DNA from: Fibrobacteria bacterium
GTDB lineage: Bacteria > Fibrobacterota > Fibrobacteria > UBA11236
Assembly (NCBI GenBank): GCA_041746255.1
Contig: JBGTHM010000003.1
Location: forward strand, 1 to 48,706
Direction of reading: 5' to 3'
DNA: 48,706 nt
Both the position numbers and the translations under genes were made by a program. The notes under the pieces were generated by a model. The model was not told the DNA's origin. It made no database searches and saw only the letters and a list, made by a program, of their open reading frames with translations. Below, piece after piece: positions 38,606 to 46,709 of this stretch (positions within the stretch are counted from its first letter, which is position 1; each line of letters starts with the position of its first letter).

Positions 38606-39148
38606 ATGCCTTATGGATTTTTCCCCAACGCGGGTCAAGGTGGTACCGTATCCCAGGGTACGGTGCTGATTGTCGATGAGAACATCGCCCTGCGCAAGAG
38701 TTTGCGGGATTTTCTCAGCCGCATGGAATTCGATGTCCTGGAAGCCGGGAACAGCTATGAGGCGCTATTCTTATGCGCCCAATTCGGCCCCAATATCCGG
38801 GTCCTGCTCACCGAAATCAACCTGCTCCCCGTAAGCGGCATCAAGCTGGCGGAAAATGTTTTGCGCCTTTGCCCGCATATGCAAATCATTTGCATGGCCG
38901 AACATTTCAACGAGGATTTCACCAAATATTGGCTGCGCTATCTCTCAGCGGAATTTCTGCAGAAGCCCTTTACCTATATCGATTTGCACGAGCGCCTGGT
39001 GAAACTTCTCGGGGACGCCATGGAAGAGATTTCCTTTCCCGAAATCGACGAGGCTCCCAAGCCCACCCACGGAGAGCAAGCCGGGGAGCAACGCGACCGG
39101 CCCGAAGGCAATCCCCTGTTCTGGTTGAGCGACCGGGAATACGTGTAG
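38606..39148 (+). CDS. Single-domain atypical response regulator (phosphoacceptor Asp replaced by Glu)
   Basis: VLIVDEN, VLEA.N..EAL, VLLTEINL..VSG, FLQKPF, with an acidic C-terminal tail. Confidence 0.8.
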   Translation: MPYGFFPNAGQGGTVSQGTVLIVDENIALRKSLRDFLSRMEFDVLEAGNSYEALFLCAQFGPNIRVLLTEINLLPVSGIKLAENVLRLCPHMQIICMAEHFNEDFTKYWLRYLSAEFLQKPFTYIDLHERLVKLLGDAMEEISFPEIDEAPKPTHGEQAGEQRDRPEGNPLFWLSDREYV

Positions 39149-39161
39149 TATCATAAGGCCC

Positions 39162-40553
39162 ATGAAGGCCATGCTTTTACGGGTGCTATGGATTTTGCCG
39201 GCACTCGGTCTATTCCATTGCGGGCCGCCGGCGCAATTACGCATGGTGGCGAAAATGCCGGATCCCCAGCGCGATTTTTTCCGCGAGAAGATTCTCACTC
39301 CCTTCGAGAAGAAACACAAAGTCAAAATCGAATTGGCGGCCTATAGCGACGCCTCCGATTTGCCCCATCTGCTGGCCGGGCAGGAGGGGAACGCCGATCT
39401 CATCACCGTTCCCCTGGAGCTGACCCATCGCCTGGTCAGCGACAACCGCGTGGCACCACTGGAAGATTTCGTTTCGCAACGCAAATTGCTGCAACTCAAA
39501 CAAACCTATTTTCTGATGGATTTGGGAAAAGTAGACGATCGCTACTATTATCTACCCCGTCAATTCGAAACCAGCATGCTGGTATACCATAAACCCCAAG
39601 TGGTGGACGCTCTCGATAATTGGGAAAGCCGGCGCGAGGAAATCGAGACCGTCCTGCGCAAGTACAACGGGAAAGGGCTACCGAATCACTATGAGTTGGA
39701 AAAAAATCCCGAGAAATGGGATTACTTCGATCTTTTCGTAGTAGGTTACTATTGGAAGGCACGGGAAATCACGAGCGTTAAGCATGGGCATATCGCCTTT
39801 CAATCCGCACGGAATTACCGAACGGCCTTGAACCTTATCGACAAGGCTCATCAGTCTGGCGCTTCGCAAGAAGAGGTTAAGCTCATGCAGGGCGAAGCCC
39901 TGGTCGACATGCTGCGGTGGCAGGCGATAATGGCGCGCGAAGGGCTGTTTCTGGATACCGGGTTACGCGAGCGTTGGGATGAAAATAAAATTCTCCAAGG
40001 GTTCGCTACGGGGCAAGTGTACTTGAGTGAAATAATTCCCACCCATTTTTTCCTCCTCCACGGCACCGGTCACAGCCTGGTTCCGGGGATGCTGGCCGCT
40101 CCCGAGGAATTGGGACTGTCGATTTTACCCCAGGGGGTTTCGGTGGAATTGAATGCGGCGGGAGAGCCCGTGCGCAAAGGGGGTAGAGGAGTGACCACGC
40201 GCGGATCCTGGATGGGCGTGGGAAAAAACAGTCCGCATAAGGAAATAGCCTTCGAGCTGGCCTTGCATATAACCAATACGGCAAATCAAATTGAGGAATG
40301 TTCTTCTTTCGGCATGATTCCCGTGCGCCAAGACATGCTGGGAGAATTGGGCCTGATGTTCGGTGGAGGTTGGATGTCCCGGGTCTTTCGGGTGGCTTCT
40401 CAGCAAATGGTGGAAAACCGCTTTACCACCCCCCCATTGGTCAAAGATTACGGGGATATCGGAGAGAATTACCTCAAGGCCTATGATAAGCTGGTGCTGC
40501 AAAGCACCGTGGTTCCCACGCGGGAGGAGATTCTCAAGGAACTCCGCCGGTAA
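39162..40553 (+). CDS. Extracellular solute-binding lipoprotein (sugar-type SBP family)
   Basis: Signal with Cys (GLFHC), FEKKHKVKIEL, D..YYLP...L.Y.K, GSWMGV.K.S.HKE.A. No permease genes adjacent. Confidence 0.75.
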   Translation: MKAMLLRVLWILPALGLFHCGPPAQLRMVAKMPDPQRDFFREKILTPFEKKHKVKIELAAYSDASDLPHLLAGQEGNADLITVPLELTHRLVSDNRVAPLEDFVSQRKLLQLKQTYFLMDLGKVDDRYYYLPRQFETSMLVYHKPQVVDALDNWESRREEIETVLRKYNGKGLPNHYELEKNPEKWDYFDLFVVGYYWKAREITSVKHGHIAFQSARNYRTALNLIDKAHQSGASQEEVKLMQGEALVDMLRWQAIMAREGLFLDTGLRERWDENKILQGFATGQVYLSEIIPTHFFLLHGTGHSLVPGMLAAPEELGLSILPQGVSVELNAAGEPVRKGGRGVTTRGSWMGVGKNSPHKEIAFELALHITNTANQIEECSSFGMIPVRQDMLGELGLMFGGGWMSRVFRVASQQMVENRFTTPPLVKDYGDIGENYLKAYDKLVLQSTVVPTREEILKELRR

Positions 40554-40556
40554 GGG

Positions 40557-40578
40557 TCGGTTTTCAGCCGGTTTTTTT
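40557..40578 (+). terminator. Possible intrinsic terminator
   Basis: CGGTT-TTC-AGCCG hairpin followed by T7 just after the SBP stop. Confidence 0.45.
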
Positions 40579-40612
40579 AACTTTGCTCCCAGCCACACGA
40601 TGGGGATAAAGG

Positions 40613-41068
40613 ATGGAAAACATGGACAAACTCGACTCGCTTTTCGCCCTGCAAACCGAACTCAACGATCGCATTTTCGCCAAGAAGGATATCCGCGATA
40701 ATCAGGGCCAAACCCTGACGATGGAAGCCTTGCGCGCCGAGGCCGGTCGCGACGATTTGGGCCCCAATACCAAGGTGAACGAATGGCTGGGCAAATATTT
40801 GGAAGCCTTGAACGACGAGTCGCGCGAACTTAAAGATGAATTGCTGTGGAAATGGTGGTCGAAGGATCATCTCGACATGCAGAATATCCGCGTCGAAATC
40901 ATCGACCAATTGCATTTTTGGATTTCGCTGGCCATCACCGCCGGTCTCGACGCCGAACAGGTGCATTCCATTTACATGAAGAAAAACGCCGTCAACCACC
41001 AGCGGCAGGAAAAAGATTATTCGCGCAGCAATAAAACCGAAGCGGATAACAGCGGGATTACCGCCTAG
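40613..41068 (+). CDS. Dimeric all-alpha dUTP diphosphatase family protein
   Basis: Q.ELN, E..EL..E..WKWW, EIID.LHF..S, Y..KN..N..RQ..Y motifs. Confidence 0.85.
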   Translation: MENMDKLDSLFALQTELNDRIFAKKDIRDNQGQTLTMEALRAEAGRDDLGPNTKVNEWLGKYLEALNDESRELKDELLWKWWSKDHLDMQNIRVEIIDQLHFWISLAITAGLDAEQVHSIYMKKNAVNHQRQEKDYSRSNKTEADNSGITA

Positions 41069-41835
41069 GGAGTTGCGGGATCCGGTTTCGGAGTGACGCA
41101 CTCCTGCCGGTCCGCAATATCGTCTACCAGCAGGCCTTCATCCGAGACTTGTAACTGGAAGGTTTCCCTTTCGGTTGGCCCGGATTCAATGCATTGGCGG
41201 GAACCCGTAAAACTCTTCGGACCGGGAACACTTGTGGTATCGGTCACATTTGGTCCGCTTGTAGGGATATTTTCCGGCGGCGGCAAGGCTTGATAGCGGA
41301 TTCCCACTCCCATCCCCGTCGCTTGCACGGGAAGCTGCCCCAAATCATAATTCCCGCTGCTGTCCAACCTTTGCCAATAACCTGTTCCCCGTATAAACAA
41401 TACCGCCGAATCGAGGACATAACCCGACTGAAGGCGGATTTTACCTGCGAAGAGTTGCGCGGCCTGCGCTTTGAACTCGAGCTTCAACGTGGCGGAGATA
41501 TCCTTAACCCGCAGGGTGTCGAAATACAAAGTGCCGGAGGCATTAAAACCTTCCACCACATAGGTTCCGGTATCCGCTAATTTGAAACGGGCTTCGCCCC
41601 GACTATCCGCCGTTACCGTTTCGACGGGAATCCCTTCGGGGCTACGCAAATTGCCCGCAGGGGAATCCTTATCCGGACGGAAGTCCGCCGGAAGCACACG
41701 CAAAGAAATGCCCACCAAGGGCGCGCCGTTGAGGTCGGAGTTGCGCGTTTCGGTCAAGCCGTTTTCGGTGTCGGTTCCCGTGCCGCCGATACAAGCCGCG
41801 AACAGGAAAGCCGTCAATAGCAATCGCCCGTTCAT
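41065..41835 (-). CDS. Hypothetical lipoprotein, partner of second TIGR02147 gene
   Basis: FAAC lipobox then GGTGTDTENG. Carboxypeptidase-regulatory-like beta modules (TADSRGEARF, LDSSGNY). 4-nt overlap with the upstream gene. Confidence 0.78.
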   Translation of the reverse strand: MNGRLLLTAFLFAACIGGTGTDTENGLTETRNSDLNGAPLVGISLRVLPADFRPDKDSPAGNLRSPEGIPVETVTADSRGEARFKLADTGTYVVEGFNASGTLYFDTLRVKDISATLKLEFKAQAAQLFAGKIRLQSGYVLDSAVLFIRGTGYWQRLDSSGNYDLGQLPVQATGMGVGIRYQALPPPENIPTSGPNVTDTTSVPGPKSFTGSRQCIESGPTERETFQLQVSDEGLLVDDIADRQECVTPKPDPATP

Positions 41836-42674
41836 GATTTTTTCCTCTTCTTCAATTTACCGGCAGTAAGCGGAAAAAGTTGCATGTTCAGGTGATATAC
41901 GCGTTCCGGGGAATCCTCTTTTTCCACCCGGCCCAATATCTGTTTGCGGCAGGCACGAATAATCTCGATGATGTCGAGGTAAGCCTGCTCGGAAATGCTT
42001 ACCGTGGTTCCGCTGAAATAACGCTCTTCTTTGGGATGCCGCGTAATGGCTTCTTGCGCCAATCCGGCCATGGCCTGATGGAATTTCGGAATCAGAAGCG
42101 AACTGATATCAGGTCCTGTAAGCACGAAAGCCGCCGTGGGCTTATACCCGCCGTCGGATTTCTTTTCGATAAGCTTCAACTCTTCGAGCAAAGCCAAGGC
42201 GCCTCGGACTTTCTTGGGAGGCACAGGTGGCGTCAGGGCTTTTCCCAACTCGGCCGCATCGCCGCGATAATCGAAAAACGCCAACATTTCTCGTATGGCC
42301 ACGTTGAACCAATCGCGATAATAATCGTATTGGGCCTTTTCCAATAAGTGATGTGCATGCGGCGCTTTGAGCTCCATCAATTTTTCGAATTGCCTATCCT
42401 TTTCATCCAGGGTTTCCGCTTGATTGAAATAGACCAGATGCCGAAAATATTCGGCTTCGACCGATCCCAACCCGAGAGCCCCCGCAAACTTGGGAATGCT
42501 GAAATCCGTGAGGTTATGCACGCCTTCCATCACCCGCTTGAAATAATTCGGGCCTGACAATCCGGCCGCCTGCATGAACGCCCGATGCGAAAAGCCTCGC
42601 TTATGCGCTTTGGCCCAGTCATAGAAATCCCGGAGGTACTTCCGATAATCGGTATATTCAAAAACAGGCTTCAT
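41832..42674 (-). CDS. TIGR02147 family protein (HTH + DUF4423), putative regulator
   Basis: VFEYTDYRKYLRD, FSHRAF...AG..PNY, YF..LV.FNQA, YY.DW...AIRE, VYHLNMQLFPLT. Confidence 0.92.
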   Translation of the reverse strand: MKPVFEYTDYRKYLRDFYDWAKAHKRGFSHRAFMQAAGLSGPNYFKRVMEGVHNLTDFSIPKFAGALGLGSVEAEYFRHLVYFNQAETLDEKDRQFEKLMELKAPHAHHLLEKAQYDYYRDWFNVAIREMLAFFDYRGDAAELGKALTPPVPPKKVRGALALLEELKLIEKKSDGGYKPTAAFVLTGPDISSLLIPKFHQAMAGLAQEAITRHPKEERYFSGTTVSISEQAYLDIIEIIRACRKQILGRVEKEDSPERVYHLNMQLFPLTAGKLKKRKKS

Positions 42675-42873
42675 AGTTTGTAGTGTATCCTATGCATAAA
42701 GATATTACCATTTTGAAATTATATCCACAGATATGGCCAAAAAAGATGGAATTTGTGCTTTTTATGTAGTGCTGAACCGGATTATAGCCCTTTTGTCCGG
42801 CATCCGTTCTTCGCGCTGCGGAAATCGGCGAAAAATACGCCCCAGCGCATGAATTAGCTATTTTTCAGGGTTG

Positions 42874-44421
42874 ATGGCCCAAAAACACAGATTTACCCCG
42901 CTTAGCCTGTTTTTCTTCCTGTTCCTAGCGATTTTTGCCGGCGCCCAAGCTCCGGATACCGGCACAGCCGGGGCGCTCCTGGACACAACCACCCATCCCG
43001 GGGCGACCATCGACACCCTGACCGATCCCACCGGAATGGGTCGCAGGGCTGTGGTTGTAACCATAGTCGATCAAGTCGACTACGGGCTTTTCGCCTTTCT
43101 AAAACGCGCCGTGGAAGAAGCCCGGGAACTCAATCCGGATTGGATTGTCTTTTCGGTAAATACCTATGGCGGTGAATTGCATTCCACTTTCGAAATCGCC
43201 GACCTGCTTTTGTCGATCGATTTTTGCAGCACCATCACTTTTGTCGATCAAAAAGCCATCTCGGCAGGCGCGCTCATCGCCCTGGGAGCCAACCGTTTAT
43301 TCATGCAAACCGCCTCCACCATGGGAGATGCGGCGCCGATTACGCAAACCCAAGAAGGCATTCAAATGCTGGGTGAAAAAATCCAGTCGCCCCTTCGCGC
43401 CAAATTCCGAACTCTCGCTGAAAGAAATAATTACCCAAGCCTATTGGCCGAAGCCTTCGTCACTGTGGGAATTGGAGTCGTTGCCGCATTTCCCCGGGAT
43501 ACCACCGCTCCCATCGATTTTTACACCGTGGCGGATTGGGCTCAACTCGAACAGCAGAAGAAAACCGCCTACCGGGTACACGAAACCGTGGTCGATACCG
43601 GAAGCCTGTTAACCCTTACGGACCGTGAAGCCGCCCGCTACGGCATGTCCGAAGGCTCCTACCCCTCTTTGAACGCCTTTTTAACGGCGCAGGATATGGA
43701 AGTCGTCGCAAGAATAGAAACCAACTGGTCCGAAAATCTGGTACGCGCCATTGGCAAAATCGCTCCGATTCTCATGCTCATCGGCTTCGGGGCCCTCTAT
43801 CTCGAATTCAAAACCCCGGGGTTTTCCGTTTTCGGAATCCTGGGAATTGTATGTCTTGGGGTGGTATTCGGCTCAAAGTATGCGGTAGGCTTGGCCGACC
43901 ACACCGAACTCCTTCTCATTGCGGGAGGTTTCATTCTTTTCATGGTGGAGATCTATCTCTTTCCCGGAACCCTGTTCTTCGCGGCCACCGGCATAGCGAT
44001 GATCGCCATCGGGCTGATTCTCTCGCTGCAAGCCTATACCCTGCCCGATCCGGAATTCCCCTGGCAATTGCAAACAACCATTCAAAACATCACATATATA
44101 TTGGCGCTAGCGGTGGGGGCGCTGTTCATCCCCTTTTTAGCGACAAGATTTCTGCTGCCCCATCTCCCGGCGGCCATCAATGTGATTCCCAACGTCACTC
44201 TCAAAGGCGCGACGACCGCCTCCGAAGAGGTGGAGCGCATCACCGTGGGTATGACGGGACGCACGCAAACGGGATTGCGACCCGCGGGTAAAGCCTTGTT
44301 CGACGGCAAGGGCTATGAAGTCCATTCACGCGGCGGATTCATCGCTCCCGACAAGTCCGTGCAGGTGATATCAATTGTGGGCAATAAAATTACGGTGAAA
44401 GAAACGGACCCGACGGCATGA
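42874..44421 (+). CDS. nfeD: NfeD long form: membrane-bound ClpP-class serine protease
   Basis: NTYGG, AISAGALIA (Ser), MGDAAP, EK (Lys), EFKTPG TM bundle, C-terminal OB fold (LRPAG). Confidence 0.9.
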   Translation: MAQKHRFTPLSLFFFLFLAIFAGAQAPDTGTAGALLDTTTHPGATIDTLTDPTGMGRRAVVVTIVDQVDYGLFAFLKRAVEEARELNPDWIVFSVNTYGGELHSTFEIADLLLSIDFCSTITFVDQKAISAGALIALGANRLFMQTASTMGDAAPITQTQEGIQMLGEKIQSPLRAKFRTLAERNNYPSLLAEAFVTVGIGVVAAFPRDTTAPIDFYTVADWAQLEQQKKTAYRVHETVVDTGSLLTLTDREAARYGMSEGSYPSLNAFLTAQDMEVVARIETNWSENLVRAIGKIAPILMLIGFGALYLEFKTPGFSVFGILGIVCLGVVFGSKYAVGLADHTELLLIAGGFILFMVEIYLFPGTLFFAATGIAMIAIGLILSLQAYTLPDPEFPWQLQTTIQNITYILALAVGALFIPFLATRFLLPHLPAAINVIPNVTLKGATTASEEVERITVGMTGRTQTGLRPAGKALFDGKGYEVHSRGGFIAPDKSVQVISIVGNKITVKETDPTA

Positions 44422-44894
44422 ACTATTGGTTACCGATAATCCTGCAAATCTTGGCTCTGGTAGTCGGCATGGCCGAAGCGCTGATTCCTTCCTTCGGGGT
44501 GCTGGCCATCATCGCCCTTTCACTACTGGGCTATAGCTGGTATTTCATCATTACCAATTTGGGCCCGCAAGCTATTTGGATTTTCGGGATAGCCAATGTT
44601 GTGTTGATACCCCTGGCAATCAAGGTGGGCTTTTCCCTGGCAGGCCGTTCGCGCTTTGCCCACCGCTCAAAGCTGAGCGTGGGGTCGGGCTTGGAGGAAA
44701 TCCATTCGAAGTATCAATTTCTCGACGGTAAGGAAGGAGTAGTGGAAACGCCATTGCGGCCGTGGGGGAATGTTCTGGTGGAAGGCGAGATCTACGAAGC
44801 CAAATCCGGTACGGGGGGGATGATTCCGAAGGGGGAGAAGATTCGAGTTGTTTCGGTGGCGGGTGGGAGAATAGAGGTGGAGAAACTGGTGTAA
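44418..44894 (+). CDS. NfeD short form (TM + OB fold)
   Basis: E..IPSFG, G.V.TPLRP.G, I.KGEKIRV..V. ATGA overlap with nfeD. Confidence 0.88.
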   Translation: MNYWLPIILQILALVVGMAEALIPSFGVLAIIALSLLGYSWYFIITNLGPQAIWIFGIANVVLIPLAIKVGFSLAGRSRFAHRSKLSVGSGLEEIHSKYQFLDGKEGVVETPLRPWGNVLVEGEIYEAKSGTGGMIPKGEKIRVVSVAGGRIEVEKLV

Positions 44895-44895
44895 T

Positions 44896-45711
44896 TCAGG
44901 GTTTCTTCGCGACGAATAAATGCGAAGTACAGAAAAACCGGAATACCTTTTCCAGATACCAATCCACTCTATTGATGGTACGCGCAACCCTCTCCGAACG
45001 TCGCATCGATTCCGGAAACCGCCGGAAAATATTCCTCGGAAGAAATCCATACCTTCGGTAGTCGATGACTTCCAACCCCGCTGCGGAGCATAATTCAAAC
45101 ACCTGTTTTTTGGAATAAGTATACTTGTGATACTTAACTGTATAGGGAATTTTCCGAAGCTTCCATCCGAACAAAAGCACGTTGAGATTTTGGATATAGC
45201 TGAATTTATTGGGAAAGGCCACGCAAATAAAAACCCCGCCGGGCTTTAGGATCCTTTTAATCTCTTGCAAGCTTTTAAGTTCGTCACCGCCCCCCTCACG
45301 GACATGTTCCAAAACGCCGCAGCTGATTACCGCGTCGAAGGAATTCGACGCATAGGGAAGAGAAACGGGATCATTATAATCTCCCTGAGTGAATTCGTGC
45401 CTGGACTTTTGTTCTAAGTTGAAACTCGAAAAGCAGCTTGGTACGGGCTGCAGACTATACGATGCTACGTGATGCCCCGAATTGATAAGGTGAACGCTAA
45501 TATGGCCGTTGCCGCAACCCCAGTCAAGTACGCTCCGAGTTTCAGGAAAATAATCGTGAAGACGTTGAAACAAGGGATGGAATTGGCCAACGGTAATTAG
45601 GCTGTCATAATATTCGAAGTCGTGGTAGGGGGCTTTGCTGCGGAATTCGTTGAGCTGCGAGAAAGCATTAAGAATGAATTGTTCAGAACGGAATTCTTTT
45701 TTATTGCTCAT
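44896..45711 (-). CDS. Class I SAM-dependent methyltransferase
   Basis: VLDWGCGNG, LPY..NSFD.V...GVLEHV, RILKPGG. Start is ATG 45711 or 45720. Confidence 0.9.
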   Translation of the reverse strand: MSNKKEFRSEQFILNAFSQLNEFRSKAPYHDFEYYDSLITVGQFHPLFQRLHDYFPETRSVLDWGCGNGHISVHLINSGHHVASYSLQPVPSCFSSFNLEQKSRHEFTQGDYNDPVSLPYASNSFDAVISCGVLEHVREGGGDELKSLQEIKRILKPGGVFICVAFPNKFSYIQNLNVLLFGWKLRKIPYTVKYHKYTYSKKQVFELCSAAGLEVIDYRRYGFLPRNIFRRFPESMRRSERVARTINRVDWYLEKVFRFFCTSHLFVAKKP

Positions 45712-46489
45712 AAAAAACATAGAATCAAACTTACCTTTTTTAGGGGGGAACTTCAATACAGCAATTATATACACTATTGATTTCTTTGTTTCCGAAGAAA
45801 ATAAAGAAAAAGTTGATAAAAATGGTTCCTTCGCACTTTGAGTGGGCAAAGATTAATGAAAGATAGCAGGATGAATTTTATCCGTTCTCCACCGCCCCCT
45901 TAACGGAGAGGTTGAAGCAATCCAAATGGTTTTCCGTTGATTATGTTCACATTGATATATAAGGACTTGGGGAGAAAAAGGAAAAGAGGCGGTAGGGATT
46001 CCTATATTTTTTGGTTAACTACCAAACTAACAACAATAGAGTACCCTCATGTGTCAAAAATATTTTTCGAATTCCCACGACACCAACGGCGACAAATTCT
46101 TCGTTTTTCCTGAAAATAGACATGTTCTGCCGAATTCAAAATATATCAAATTCTCTTAATATTGTTGCCAGGACGTTGGATGGATTCAAATTTGGCTGCT
46201 TCTGATTTTTGTTTGGTCGATTAGGTATTCGTTCTTCTACCGATTTTGTGATTTGGGCCAACAAGGATTTCTATAAAAAGGACATCTCCAAGCCCCTTTC
46301 GGCTTTTGGATGAAATCGACCTGATTAAACTCTGCAAATTTTGAACCTCAAATTCATGCGAATGAGTAATACAATTATGAGTATAAGGCATATAAGACAG
46401 ATCCTGAGAAATCATGATAGTTATCGCACTCGAGCCAATCCGACTTTGAGATTTCCGGTATGTACCAGGCCCTCCGCAGATATGGCATG

Positions 46490-46506
46490 AGCAAACTTCA
46501 TGCCAA
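46490..46506 (-). promoter_or_regulatory. Sigma54 -24/-12 consensus promoter
   Basis: The minus strand reads TTGGCATGAAGTTTGCT (GG-N10-GC). Confidence 0.5.
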
Positions 46507-46709
46507 AAGCAGATCGGTAAATGTACCAATTTGGTTGGTGTTTATTTAAGATCAACAAGAGATTAAGTTTTCCAAGTCATTACAGTCAATTACCTATAAT
46601 GCTGATATTTATGAATTTTTTGTGATCATCTGCAAATAAGATTGACAGTATGTGGCAATTGGTATTTGGAAATTCAATTTTTAAACACTACCAAACCGGA
46701 AGGTATAGT

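Noticed and set aside
42700..42710. TATTAC core shared by several intergenic regions as a single regulon motif
   Set aside because: Too short. Here it reads TGGTAATAT on the minus strand, which is more simply an extended -10 element.
46011..46529. Small ORFs 46011-46205 (+) and 46221-46529 (-)
   Set aside because: No RBS, motifs or coding-like composition, so they were not called as genes.
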